Source: Anaeromyxobacter sp. (GTDB lineage: Bacteria; Myxococcota; Myxococcia; Myxococcales; Anaeromyxobacteraceae). Taken from it: DNA of 64,000 nt. A program made the translations under genes and the position numbers. Shown piece after piece: positions 1 to 9,641 of this stretch (position 1 is the first letter of the stretch; every line of letters starts with the position of its first letter). The notes beneath the pieces were generated by a model. It saw only the letters and a list, made by a program, of their open reading frames with translations. It made no database searches and had not been told where the DNA came from. The stretch lies in the NCBI GenBank assembly GCA_049840735.1, contig JASGJN010000022.1:608001-672000 (forward strand), read 5' to 3'.

Positions 1-435
1 CCTCCTCCAGCGCCGCGGCGCGGGCCAGCGCCGGGCCGCCGCCGGCCGAGAGCTTGCGCAGCGCGCTCTCCAGCTCGTCGCGCAGCGGGTGGTCGCTGAG
101 CCGGAGCGCCGCCGCGCCCGCGGTCCAGACCAGCGCGCCCTCCTCCGGCGTGAGCGAGAGGAGCGGCAGCGCCGAGGCCCGCGCGTCGATGGCGTAGGCG
201 TAGGGGTCCAGCGCCTGCCCGGTCTCCTCCCGGTCCAGCACGAACCCGAGCCGCTCCAGGTCGGCCTTGTCGCGCGTGAACATCCGCTCCCGCGCCTCCG
301 GCTTGCCCCGGTAGTGGCCCGGGAAGGCCTCGGTAGATTCTGCGCGCGCGTCACCGGCCCGGGCTGGTCGAGGATCCAGGCGGCCAGGCCCAGCAGCCGA
401 GCTTCGGGATTTCCCTTGGGTTTTGCGGCGGGCAT
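1..435 (-). CDS. WYL-domain (PafB-like) HTH transcriptional regulator, N-terminal part; runs off the window; frameshifted near 335
   Basis: Manual translation from ATG 435 gives MPAAKPKGNPEARLLGLAAWILDQPGPVTRAQ, then after an indel IYEAFPGHYRGKPEARERMFTRDKADLERLGF...LSLTPEEGALVW...LESALRKL. The 'RMFxRDKxDL' motif is typical of the PafB N-terminal wHTH. Confidence 0.7.
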   Translation of the reverse strand, partial: MPAAKPKGNPEARLLGLAAWILDQPGPVTRAQNLPRPSRATTGASRRRGSGCSRATRPTWSGSGSCWTGRRPGRRWTPTPTPSTRGPRRCRSSRSRRRRARWSGPRARRRSGSATTRCATSWRARCASSRPAAARRWPAPRRWRR

Positions 436-689
436 CGCCCCACAGTGTAGCCCGGCCCGGGCGGGACGGTGCGCCTCTCCTGGCCGGGACGCGCCATGCC
501 GCGGTGCGGTGCCGGGCGCCCACCGGCCGTCCCACGCCCCGGGCACCCGGCGCGCGCGTCCCCGGTGCCCGGCACCGGGCGGCCCGCCCGAACGACTTGC
601 GGTCGCCAGGGAAGGTCCATACTCAGATCAGCAGAGGCGCCCGCGCAGCCGGGCCGGATGGGCGCCGCACCTGACGTGGAGGTGGGACG

Positions 690-1031
690 GTGTCTCTCTC
701 CGCGAAGCGCTATCACCGACACGAGCGCGGCACCTGCGCCTGCGGGCACCGCGCGCTCTTCTTCGTCCGCCGCCGGCGCGCGTGGGTCGCGATCTGCCGG
801 GTGGACCACCCGCTGTGCGTGCGCTGCTGGCACTCGCTGCAGGACCACGATCGCGCCGAGCGCGCCGCCTACCAGGCCATGCTGCGCGCGCTGGCAGCCG
901 GGCCGCCTCAGCCGGCCGCGCAGGCCCGGACCAGCCGGTCCCGCAGCGCCTCCCAGGCGCCACCGGGCGGGACGTCCTCGACGGCGATGGCCGCGCAGCC
1001 GCGGGCCTCCAGCGCGCGCAGCGCTGCGTAG
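690..1031 (+). CDS. Small basic Cys/His-rich putative zinc-binding protein
   Basis: GGAGG at 678-682 before GTG 690. Motifs CACGH and DHPLCVRC. The 3' end overlaps the convergent sua5. Confidence 0.5.
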   Translation: MSLSAKRYHRHERGTCACGHRALFFVRRRRAWVAICRVDHPLCVRCWHSLQDHDRAERAAYQAMLRALAAGPPQPAAQARTSRSRSASQAPPGGTSSTAMAAQPRASSARSAA

Positions 1032-1918
1032 AGGCCGCGGGCGTAGCCGGCCGGGTCGTCCGGCAGCCGCTCCACGGCGTCGGCGCCCGCCGGGGCCGCG
1101 CCGCGCACGAGCGCGCCGCGCGGGCCGGGCAGCGCCGCCAGCCGCGCCGGGAGCGCGGCCGTCGAAACCAGGATGACCTGCCCCGCCGGCGCGTAGTGGC
1201 GGTGGTGCTGCCCGGGGGAGGCGGCCACCGGCGTGTGGTCCGGCGCCGGTGGGCGCGCGGCCTGCGCCGCCGGAGCGGCGCCCACGGCGATGGGCCCCAG
1301 CTCGGCCTCGAGCGCTGCGCGGGAGAGGCCGCCCGGGCGGAGCAGGCGCGGCACCGGCCCGTGCGCCAGCGACAGGACCGTGGACTCGATGCCCACCTCG
1401 CAGCCGCCGCCGTCCAGCACCGCGTCGATGCGCCCGTCGAGGTCGGCCAGCACGTGCTCGGCCAGCGTCGGGGACACGTGCTCGGAGCGGTTCGCGCTGG
1501 GGGCGGCGATGGGCGCGCCCACCGCGCGGAGCAGCGCCTGGGCCACCGGGTGCGCCGGCGCGCGGACGCCGACGGTGCCGCCGCCGGCGGTCACCTCGTC
1601 CGGCACCACCGGACGCCTGGGGAGCACCAGCGTGAGCGGGCCCGGCCAGTGGCGGTCCGCCAGCGCCTGGGCGGCGGGCGGCCAGCCCTCCACCAGTCCG
1701 GCCGCCTCGGTCGCGCCGGTCACGTGGACGATGACCGGGTTGGTGGCGGGCCGCCCCTTGGCCGCGAAGATGCCGCGCACCGCCAGTCCGTCCAGGGCCA
1801 GCGCGCCCAGGCCGTAGACCGTCTCGGTCGGGAAGGCGACCAGCCCGCCCTTGCGGAGCAGCTCGGCGGCGCGGGCCAGCCCGGCGGGATCGGCGGTGAG
1901 GCGCTCGGTGCGGCGCAT
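908..1918 (-). CDS. tsaC: L-threonylcarbamoyladenylate synthase (Sua5/TsaC, long form with SUA5 C-terminal domain)
   Basis: AFPTETVYGLGA, KGRP..NPVIVH, APSANRS, GIESTV and SPG..RHYAP motifs. Confidence 0.95.
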   Translation of the reverse strand: MRRTERLTADPAGLARAAELLRKGGLVAFPTETVYGLGALALDGLAVRGIFAAKGRPATNPVIVHVTGATEAAGLVEGWPPAAQALADRHWPGPLTLVLPRRPVVPDEVTAGGGTVGVRAPAHPVAQALLRAVGAPIAAPSANRSEHVSPTLAEHVLADLDGRIDAVLDGGGCEVGIESTVLSLAHGPVPRLLRPGGLSRAALEAELGPIAVGAAPAAQAARPPAPDHTPVAASPGQHHRHYAPAGQVILVSTAALPARLAALPGPRGALVRGAAPAGADAVERLPDDPAGYARGLYAALRALEARGCAAIAVEDVPPGGAWEALRDRLVRACAAG

Positions 1919-2136
1919 GCGGCAGGGGCTCCTGGTGCGGAGCCCGGGGGCAATCCCCGGGGCGCGGCCGAACCTACGCGGGTCGGGTGGACCTCAGCAA
2001 GTGCCGACCCGCCGCGGCGGGCGCCCCGCCTGGTAGACACCTGTCACCAACCCGAGGACCCATTGTCCTGGGGATGGGCGCTCCGGCCGACGCGGGCCGC
2101 AGCGCCGCTCGGGATCCTCCCGGAAAGGAACGCACG

Positions 2137-3378
2137 ATGTTCACGAACCGTCTCGTCGGCGCCGCGCTGGCGGCGCTGCTGGCGCTCGCCGCCCTGCCTG
2201 CGGCCGCTCAGAACCTGGTGGTCTGGCACGGCTACCGCGGCGAGGAGCGGGCCGCGCTGGAGCAGGTGGTCTCGGACTACAACGCGCGCCAGGCCGGCAA
2301 GGGGCCCAGGGTGCAGCTGCTGGCCGTCCCGTCCGACGCCTTCCTCGACAAGATCAGCGCCGCCGTGCCGCGCGGCAGCGGGCCGGACATCTTCATCGGC
2401 CCGCAGGACCGGCTGGGCGGCTGGGTCGAGGCCGGCGGCATCGTGGACCCGAGCGGCTTCTACGTGGACCAGAAGACGCGCGACCGCTTCCTGCCCTCCA
2501 CCATCCAGTCGCTCACCTACCGGGGCGAGCTCTACGGGCTGCCGCTCAACTTCAAGGAGGTCACCCTCATCTACAACAAGAAGCTGGTGAGCCAGCCCCC
2601 GCGCACCACCGCCGAGCTGGAGGCGCTCTCGAAGAAGCTGACCAACAAGGCGGGCGGGACGTTCGGCCTGGCCTTCCCGCACACCGACTACTACTACGTC
2701 GCCGCCATCCAGAACGGCTTCGGCGGCCACGCCTTCCAGGGCCAGACCCCCACGCTGGACGCGCCGGAGAACGTGAAGGCGATGACGCTGGTGGCGCGCT
2801 GGGCGAAGGAGTTCCTGCCCCCCGAGCCCTCGACCACGCTCGTCACCTCGCTCTTCAACTCCGGCAAGGCCGCCATGGTCATCTCCGGCCCCTGGTTCCT
2901 GGGCGAGATCGATCCGTCCATCTCCTACGCGCTGGCGCCGCTGCCGACCATCAGCGAGGCCGGCGGGCAGCCCATGCGCCCCTGGATGACGGTGGAGGGC
3001 GTGTTCGTCACCGCGCCGTCCAAGCAGAAGGACGCCGCCTACGCGTTCGTCGACTACCTGACCAGCAAGGACGGCGGGAAGGTGATGGCGCTCAAGGGCC
3101 GGCAGACGCCGGCCAACCAGGAGGTGTTCCAGGATCCGCAGGTGGCGAAGGACCAGGTGCTGGCCGCGTTCAACGCGCAGGCCAAGACCGGCGTGCCCAT
3201 GCCCAACATCCCGGAGATGACGATGATGTGGTCCCCCGCCACCTCGGCGCTGGGCGCCATCATGCGTGGCTCGGCCACGCCCGAGGCGGCGCTGGCCAAG
3301 GCGCAGTCGCAGGTGCAGAAGGCCGTGGCCGACCTGCACGGCAAGGCGTCGACGGGAACGGGCGGCGGGGGGAAGTGA
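2137..3378 (+). CDS. Sugar (maltose/maltodextrin-type) ABC transporter solute-binding protein
   Basis: AAGGA RBS before ATG 2137; signal peptide; GPDIFIGPQDRLG, LIYNKKL, FNSGKAAMVISGPW, PMPNIPEM (MalE-like). Confidence 0.88.
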   Translation: MFTNRLVGAALAALLALAALPAAAQNLVVWHGYRGEERAALEQVVSDYNARQAGKGPRVQLLAVPSDAFLDKISAAVPRGSGPDIFIGPQDRLGGWVEAGGIVDPSGFYVDQKTRDRFLPSTIQSLTYRGELYGLPLNFKEVTLIYNKKLVSQPPRTTAELEALSKKLTNKAGGTFGLAFPHTDYYYVAAIQNGFGGHAFQGQTPTLDAPENVKAMTLVARWAKEFLPPEPSTTLVTSLFNSGKAAMVISGPWFLGEIDPSISYALAPLPTISEAGGQPMRPWMTVEGVFVTAPSKQKDAAYAFVDYLTSKDGGKVMALKGRQTPANQEVFQDPQVAKDQVLAAFNAQAKTGVPMPNIPEMTMMWSPATSALGAIMRGSATPEAALAKAQSQVQKAVADLHGKASTGTGGGGK

Positions 3379-3386
3379 GGCTGGCG

Positions 3387-3427
3387 CAGGAGGAGGGCGG
3401 CCGCGCTGGGCGGTCGCCCTCCTCCTG
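3387..3427 (+). terminator. GC-rich stem-loop downstream of the solute-binding protein gene
   Basis: caggaggagggcggccgc / gcggtcgccctcctcctg inverted repeat; no U-tract. Confidence 0.45.
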
Positions 3428-4190
3428 GACCCGGGTCTTGAGCCACGGCGCGGAACCCGCCGGCCGTCGCGAGCGAGGCCCCCAGCCTGCCTGGTGCCAC
3501 GCGATGAGCAACGCGAGCAACAGGTTGGGCCCGACCGCGCGCAGGATCGGCTGCACCGGATCGATGCGGGCCAGGTCCTCGCAGCGTGACCTTCTATGCG
3601 TTTCACGAGGCGGCCACGCTCGCCACGCTGATCTGCGGTGATCGACGTCGATGTCCTCCCACCAGAGCAGGGGTGGCCAGCGAAGCCCGTACGCCTTGCA
3701 CTGGGGCGCGCGCGCCAGGCTCGCGCCCGTGTACGGAGCCCAGATCGAGCAGCGCTGGCCAGGGCGTTATGCGGGTCGAGAAGTACCGGGCCGAGATGAA
3801 GAAGCAGCTGCGCGCGATCTCGCCCAAGATCACGGCCGAGTAGCTGGTCGAACCCGCTCGCGGGCTGGGCGTCCCCTGGGGCGGTCACCCGCGCTTCACG
3901 CCGCCCCCGGCCCGGCACGGTGAGCGGCGTCGCCACCGCGCCCGCTACGAGGGACGCTCAACGCCTCTGCGGTGCGAAGCCCCGAGCCTGGGTGGACGGG
4001 CTCAAGCGGGTCCAGGCGTGATTGGTAGCGCGAGGCCCCGCCCGAAGTAGTCGGCCGTGAGGACGCCAGGTTGGGTCGCCGCAGCCCATGACCGTGGGGC
4101 ACGCACAAATTCGCGCGCCCATCTCCACTCAGGGTACGAAAGAAAAGCGGCGGGCGATCCTCGAACGATCGCCCGCCGCACGGCTGTCGT

Positions 4191-5559
4191 CGGGTAGGAG
4201 CCCGGCGGATGCCAACGACCCCGAGATCATACGAGAGGCGATCCGTGAGGGAAAGGGCTGTGAGGAGGGTGGCGGGGCTGCTGCGCGCCCGGCTGCCGGA
4301 GCTGGACCTAGACAGGGTTTACGACCCCCGGGCACGGGAGGGCCGGTGGGCGCTGTCGCAGATCCTCCGGGCCACGCTGCTGGGGCTGATGGCGGGATGC
4401 CGCAGCCTCTGGGACGCGGAGCGGCTCACCGACAACCTGGCTCCGGCGATGCGTCGCCGCCTGGGGCTGCCGCGGCGGCTGGCGGACACGACGGCGCGGG
4501 ACGCGCTCTGCCGCGTGCCGCTCGAGTCGCTGCGGGCGGCGCTGCACCGCGCGGTCCGGGCGGCGTGGCGCCGGAAGGCGCTCGCGCCTGTGGGGCTGCC
4601 ATTCGGCGTCGTGGCGTTGGACGGCAAGGTGACGATGCTGCCGGTCCTCAACCACCCGCTGGTGCAGAACCACATCGAAGGGCAGGCGGTCCCGTTCGGC
4701 CTGGTGCGGACGGTGACCTGCGCGCTGGTCTCGGCGGCGGGGCGGCCCTGCATCGACGCCATCCCGATCCCCGCCCAGGCGAACGAGGTGGGCTTCTTCC
4801 AGCAGGCGTTCGAGCGCCTGACCGCTGTGCACGGTGGCCTCTTCCGCGTGGTGACCTACGACGCCGGCGCGCTCTCCGAGGCCAACGCCAGCGCCGTGGT
4901 GGCCGCGGGCAAGGACTACCTGTTCACGCTCAAGGGCGAGCAGCGGACCATGTTCAAGCTGGCGAGCGAGCTCCTGGGCGCGCAGGAGATGGCGGCCCAG
5001 ACGCTGGACGTGCTCGACAACGCCACCACCGTCACCCGCAGCCTGACGCTGCTGGGCGTCGATCCGAGCTGGAGCTACAGCGGCAGCAAGACGCCGGAGG
5101 AGTCGGTCTGGGGGCACGCCGGGACTTTCCTGCGGGTGGAATACGTCAAGCGGCGCGGCGGGGAGGTCGTCGAGCAGGACGCCCGCCTCTTCGTGAGCAG
5201 CCTGCAGCCGGGCAGGCTCACGCCAGCCCAGTGGATGCTCCTCGTCCGCCGCCACTGGGGCGTGGAGAACCAGAACCACTACACCCTCGACACCGCCTTC
5301 GCCGAGGACGACCGGCCCTGGATCGAGGCCGACCCCCAGGGCATGCTGGCGGTGCTGCTGCTCCGGCGGATCGCGTACACGCTGCTGGCCCTCTACCGCG
5401 CAGTCACGCTCCGGTCGGACGAGGGCCGGGCCACCCGCTGGCGAGATCTGCTGGCGACGGTGCGCGACGTCCTCGTCGCCGCCACCGAGGAGCAGCTCGC
5501 GGGTCTCCGCCCGCACCCCGTCGCCGTCGCGACACGCTGAAACGCCGGGCTCCTACCCG
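4191..5559 (+). mobile_element. ISAs1-family insertion sequence (minimum extent; true ends may be about 4128-5585)
   Basis: Perfect 17-bp inverted repeat cgggtaggagcccggcg (4191-4207) / cgccgggctcctacccg (5543-5559). Weaker outer match ctcagg / cctgag. No target-site duplication identified. Confidence 0.7.
4209..5540 (+). CDS. ISAs1-family DDE transposase
   Basis: DPR..GR, ALDGK, VVTYDA, DYLFTLKGEQ and RRHWGVENQNHYTLDTAFAED are ISAs1 signature motifs. Confidence 0.9.
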   Translation: MPTTPRSYERRSVRERAVRRVAGLLRARLPELDLDRVYDPRAREGRWALSQILRATLLGLMAGCRSLWDAERLTDNLAPAMRRRLGLPRRLADTTARDALCRVPLESLRAALHRAVRAAWRRKALAPVGLPFGVVALDGKVTMLPVLNHPLVQNHIEGQAVPFGLVRTVTCALVSAAGRPCIDAIPIPAQANEVGFFQQAFERLTAVHGGLFRVVTYDAGALSEANASAVVAAGKDYLFTLKGEQRTMFKLASELLGAQEMAAQTLDVLDNATTVTRSLTLLGVDPSWSYSGSKTPEESVWGHAGTFLRVEYVKRRGGEVVEQDARLFVSSLQPGRLTPAQWMLLVRRHWGVENQNHYTLDTAFAEDDRPWIEADPQGMLAVLLLRRIAYTLLALYRAVTLRSDEGRATRWRDLLATVRDVLVAATEEQLAGLRPHPVAVATR

Positions 5560-5781
5560 CGGCGGCGACATCGAAGGGACCTGAGGTGAGCGGCCGCCGC
5601 GACCGGCGCCGGCCTGCCGTGGCCGCCGTACGCCTCGACGTCCAGCCCCGCAACCTCCCGCGACCCCGGCGGGAACGCCCGAAGTCCGCGCCCCGCCTGG
5701 CCGATCGGTCCTGCAAGCGGGTCGTGGCGTGCGCGGGGCTGTCCGAGCCTGGCGGTAGGCTCTCCAGGCACGGAGGGCGTC

Positions 5782-7111
5782 ATGGACCTGGGGCTGGTGG
5801 TGGGGGTGCTGGCCGCGCTGGCGGCCGGGGTGGGCGCGGGGCTCTTCGCGGCGCGGCAGGGGGCGCGGGCGCGCGAGGCGCACGCGGCGGACCTGTCGGC
5901 GCGGCTCTCCGCGGCCGAGGCGCGCGGGGCGGAGGCGCAGGGGCAGGTGGTGGCGCTGACCGGCGAGCTGGCCGCCGCGAAGGCGGCGCTCGGCGCCGAG
6001 CGGCAGGGGGCGCAGGCGCGGGCCGCCGAGGCCGAGCGCGCGCGGGAGCAGGTGCGCGCGGAGATCCAGCTGCTGGCGGCGCGGCTGCTGGATGAGAAGG
6101 GGCGGGCGCTGCTCGACCGGAACCACGAGGCCCTGCAGCAGCTCCTGGCGCCGGTGGCCGAGAAGCTGCGCGCCTTCGAGGCCAAGGTGGAGAAGGCCTA
6201 CGACCAGGAGAACCGCGACCGGGCCAGCCTGCTGCAGTCGCTGGCGCAGCTGCGCGAGACGCAGGGCAAGCTCCACGCCGACGCCGAGGGGCTGGCGCGC
6301 GCGCTCACCGGGGACTCCAAGGCCCAGGGCGACTGGGGCGAGCTGGTGCTGGAGCGGGTGCTGGAGATCGCCGGCCTGACCGAGGGGCGCGAGTTCGACC
6401 TCCAGGTCAGCCACGACGACGAGGCCGGCGGGCGCAAGCGGCCGGACGCGCTGGTCTACCTCCCCGGGAGACCGCGCCGTGGTGGTGGACGCCAAGTGCT
6501 CGCTCACCGCCTTCGTGGAGAGCGTGCGCGCCGCCGACGCCGAGGCGCGTGAGGCCGCGCTGGACCGGCACGTCGCCTCGCTGCGCGCCCACGTGAAGGG
6601 GCTGGCGGGCAAGCGGTACCCGGAGGTGCTCCGCCACCGCACGCTGGACGTGGTGATGCTGTTCGTGCCCAGCGAGCCGGCCTTCCAGGCTGCGCTGGCG
6701 CGCGACGCCGCGCTCTACGAGGACGCCATCGGGCTCGGCGTGGTGATGGTGAGCCCCACCACGCTGCTGGCCGCGCTGCAGGTGGTCCGCCACGTCTGGC
6801 GGACCGAGCAGCAGGGCCAGAACGCGCGGCGCATCGCCGAGGAGGCCGGCAAGCTGCTGGAGAAGCTGGGCGCCTTCCTGGCCGACCTGGACGGCGTGGG
6901 CACGCGGCTCTCGCAGGCGCAGGAGAGCTTCGCCGCCGCGCGCAGCAAGCTCGTCACCGGCCGCGGCAACGTGCTCAAGAAGGCCGCCGACCTGGCGCGG
7001 CTGGGGGCGCCGGTGAAAGGGGAGAAGGCGCTGGCGCTGGTGCAGGAGGCGGGGGAGGGCGAGGACGGGCTGGCGGGGCTGCCGGGCAGCGGAGGTGGGC
7101 CGCAGGCGTGA
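5782..7111 (+). CDS. rmuC: DNA recombination protein RmuC (frameshift near 6468, probably a sequencing error)
   Basis: N-terminal TM plus coiled coil; GDWGELVLERVLE, RPDALVYLP, VVDAKCSL, VVMLFVPSE, VSPTTLLAAL. Split over ORFs 5782..6552 and 6479..7111. Confidence 0.9.
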
Positions 7112-7132
7112 CAGCGGCGCTCATCGGCTGGG

Positions 7133-7237
7133 CTTCGACTCCGCGAGCCCTGCGGGCTCGCTACGCTCAGCCCGAACGGTGCCGGATGGACCGTTCGCCC
7201 TGAGCGTAGCCGCGGCACGGCCGCGGCGGAGTCGAAG
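7133..7237. repeat. REP-like palindromic element, copy 1 (full inverted pair)
   Basis: cttcgactccg-[hairpin]-ctacgctcag..cgaacgg ... ccgttcg..ctgagcgtag-[hairpin]-cggagtcgaag. Confidence 0.85.
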
Positions 7238-7309
7238 GGCGCCGCCGGACCGCCTTGGGCGCTTGCGGCTCATGAGCCCTGACCAGGCGAGCTCGGCTAC
7301 ACTCACGTC

Positions 7310-7948
7310 ATGGAGCAGCTCCTCTCCGCGCTGCAGGCGCCCGTCCTCGGCCCCATCTCCTGGGCCGAGCTCATCGGCGACGCGACCGGCCTGGCCTGCG
7401 TCTGGCTGGTGCTGCGCCAGCACGTCTGGAACTGGCCGGTGGGGCTGGCCAACAACGCCTTCTTCTTCCTGATCTTCTGGTGGTCGCGGCTCTACGCCGA
7501 CGCCGTGCTGCAGCTCGTCTTCGCGGTCATCGCCGTCTACGGCTGGTGGAGCTGGGTGCGCGGAAGCGGGCCCGGGCAGGCGGCGCTCCCGGTGCGGCGC
7601 ACGCGGCCGGTGGAGTGGGCCTGGCTGGGGACGGGCGTGGTGGTCTCCACCGCCGCCGTGGCGGCCTGGCTGGCGCACCGGACCACCTCCCCGGTCCCGC
7701 TGGCGGACGCCAGCATCCTCACGCTCAGCCTGGCCGCCACCTACGGCCAGGCGCGCAAGCTGCTGGAGTCCTGGTGGCTGTGGATCGCGGTGGACGTGAT
7801 CAGCGTCCCGCTCTACGTGCAGCGCGGGCTCTACCCCACCTCCGCGGTCTACTTCGTGTTCCTCCTGCTCTGCGTGGGCGGGCTGCGCGCCTGGCTGCGC
7901 GACCTCCCGCCGTCGGCGCCGTCCGCGCCCGAGGGAGCGCCCGCGTGA
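7310..7948 (+). CDS. pnuC: Nicotinamide riboside transporter PnuC
   Basis: Multi-TM protein; WNWPVG, LYAD..LQ, YGWWSW, ARKLLESWWLWIAVD. Confidence 0.92.
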   Translation: MEQLLSALQAPVLGPISWAELIGDATGLACVWLVLRQHVWNWPVGLANNAFFFLIFWWSRLYADAVLQLVFAVIAVYGWWSWVRGSGPGQAALPVRRTRPVEWAWLGTGVVVSTAAVAAWLAHRTTSPVPLADASILTLSLAATYGQARKLLESWWLWIAVDVISVPLYVQRGLYPTSAVYFVFLLLCVGGLRAWLRDLPPSAPSAPEGAPA

Positions 7949-9042
7949 CGCCGCGCCACGGCCTGGTGATCGGCAAGTTCTACCCGCCGCACGCCGGCCA
8001 CCACCTGCTGGTCCGCACCGCCGCCGCCTGCTGCGAGCGGGTGACGGTGGTGGTGATGGCCGCCACGGCGGAGTCCATCCCGCTGGCGCTGCGGGTGGAG
8101 TGGCTCCGCGAGGTGCACCGCGACGCGCCGCACGTCGCGGTGGTGGGGACGATGGACGACCACCCCGTCGATCTGGAGAGCGACGCCGTCTGGCGGGCCC
8201 ACGTCGGCCTGATGCAGGCGGCCGCGGCCCAGGTCACGCCGGCCCCGGTGGACGCGGTCTTCACGTCGGAGGGGTACGGGGACGAGCTGGCGCGCCGGCT
8301 CGGGGCGAGGCACGTGCAGGTGGACGCCGACCGCCGGCTGGCGCCGATCTCCGCCACCCGCGTGCGCGCCGACCCGGTCTCGGCCTGGCCCTTCCTGGCC
8401 GAGCCGGTGCGCGGCTGGTTCGCGCGCCGGCTGGTGGTGGTGGGCGCCGAGTCCACCGGCAAGACCACCTTCGCCGAGGCGCTCTGCGAGGCGCTGCGGG
8501 CGCGCGGCGGGCCGCACGGGCTGACGCGCTGGGTGCCGGAGTACGGGCGGGAGCTGACCGTGGAGCTGCTGGCGCGGGAGCGGGCCCGGGCCCAGCTGGC
8601 CGGACGTCCGCGGCCGCGGCTGGAGGACCTGCCCTGGGCCACGCCGGACTTCCTGCGGGTGGCGGAGGAGCAGAGCCGGCGCGAGGCGCGCGAGGCCTGC
8701 CGCGGCGGGCCGGTGCTGGTCTGCGACACCGACGCCTTCGCCACCGGCCTCTGGCACGAGCGCTACGTGGGCGCGCGCTCGCCGGAGGTGGACGGGCTGG
8801 CGCGCCGGGGGGACCTCTACCTGCTCACCGACCCCGCCGACGTGCCCTTCGAGGACGACGGGCTGCGCGACGGGCAGCACCTGCGCGACTGGATGACCGC
8901 CGCCTTCGTCGAGCGGCTCGAGGCCACCGGCCGGCGCTGGCGCTGGCTGCGCGGCGGGCGGGCGGAGCGCGTCGCGGCCGGGCTCGCGGCGGTGGACGGG
9001 CTGCTGGCGGCAGGGTGGGCGCTGGCGAAGCCGCTGGGGTGA
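7945..9042 (+). CDS. nadR: NadR-type NMN adenylyltransferase / ribosylnicotinamide kinase (no HTH domain)
   Basis: GTG overlaps the pnuC stop; GKFYPPHAGH (HxGH), ISATRVR, GAESTGKTT P-loop, PEYGRE, CDTD, DGLRD. Confidence 0.85.
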   Translation: MTPRHGLVIGKFYPPHAGHHLLVRTAAACCERVTVVVMAATAESIPLALRVEWLREVHRDAPHVAVVGTMDDHPVDLESDAVWRAHVGLMQAAAAQVTPAPVDAVFTSEGYGDELARRLGARHVQVDADRRLAPISATRVRADPVSAWPFLAEPVRGWFARRLVVVGAESTGKTTFAEALCEALRARGGPHGLTRWVPEYGRELTVELLARERARAQLAGRPRPRLEDLPWATPDFLRVAEEQSRREAREACRGGPVLVCDTDAFATGLWHERYVGARSPEVDGLARRGDLYLLTDPADVPFEDDGLRDGQHLRDWMTAAFVERLEATGRRWRWLRGGRAERVAAGLAAVDGLLAAGWALAKPLG

Positions 9043-9142
9043 GGCGGTCGAAGGACTCCCGCGGTCCTCCCGAGAGCCGCGCAGTCCGCCTCGCCAATCT
9101 GCTCGAGCTCCGCCGTCGACCTGCGCCAGACCGTGGCCGGCC

Positions 9143-9604
9143 TCAGGAGTCCAGCTGCTCCGGCGGGCGGCAGGCGGCGAAGAAGTCGTCGGCGGCCGAG
9201 CGCAGCGCCGAGAGCGACCGCTCCAGGAGCGCGCCGCTGACCGGCTGGCCGCAGAGGAAGGTCTCCACCAGGAAGCGGACGCTGGCGGACTCGAGGTCGA
9301 GGACCGTCTTCACCCCTTTCATGCGGTCGTTGAGGTCGTTCACCAGCCGGTGCAGCGCCTCGGCGTCGTACCGCCCCTGCTCGAGGTCGAAGGCGGCCGC
9401 CAGGCGGAAGTACTCCGGGTCATCCTCGTGGGCGAAGAGGATGAGCTGGACGCCTTCGAGCTTGAAGGTGATGGGCGTGAGGTCGCCCTCGCTCGGCCCG
9501 GAGTGGGGCCGGAAGCCCTCCTCGGAGAGGAAGTCGACCAACGCGTCACGGACCGTACGGGGCACCGCGGTGTCGGAGGGCGCGTCGTCCATGGGGAGGA
9601 TCAT
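9143..9604 (-). CDS. YbjN / T3SS-chaperone-like domain protein
   Basis: About 150 aa; LxDFLxEEGFRP...ITFKLEG...DDPEYFRL...NDLNDRMKGVK pattern typical of the YbjN fold. Confidence 0.6.
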   Translation of the reverse strand: MILPMDDAPSDTAVPRTVRDALVDFLSEEGFRPHSGPSEGDLTPITFKLEGVQLILFAHEDDPEYFRLAAAFDLEQGRYDAEALHRLVNDLNDRMKGVKTVLDLESASVRFLVETFLCGQPVSGALLERSLSALRSAADDFFAACRPPEQLDS

Positions 9605-9641
9605 ACCCGCCGGTCGGACATGCCGCCCGCGACCTGCCGTC

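Noticed and set aside
89..2590. 833-aa ORF and similar long Arg/Gly/Ala-rich ORFs (8100..11462, 27682..29898, 22566..24242 and others)
   Set aside because: Shadow frames of real genes in very high-GC DNA; no recognisable motifs.
7112..7309. NAD-related riboswitch upstream of pnuC
   Set aside because: The structure is accounted for by the dispersed REP-like repeat; no riboswitch consensus recognised.
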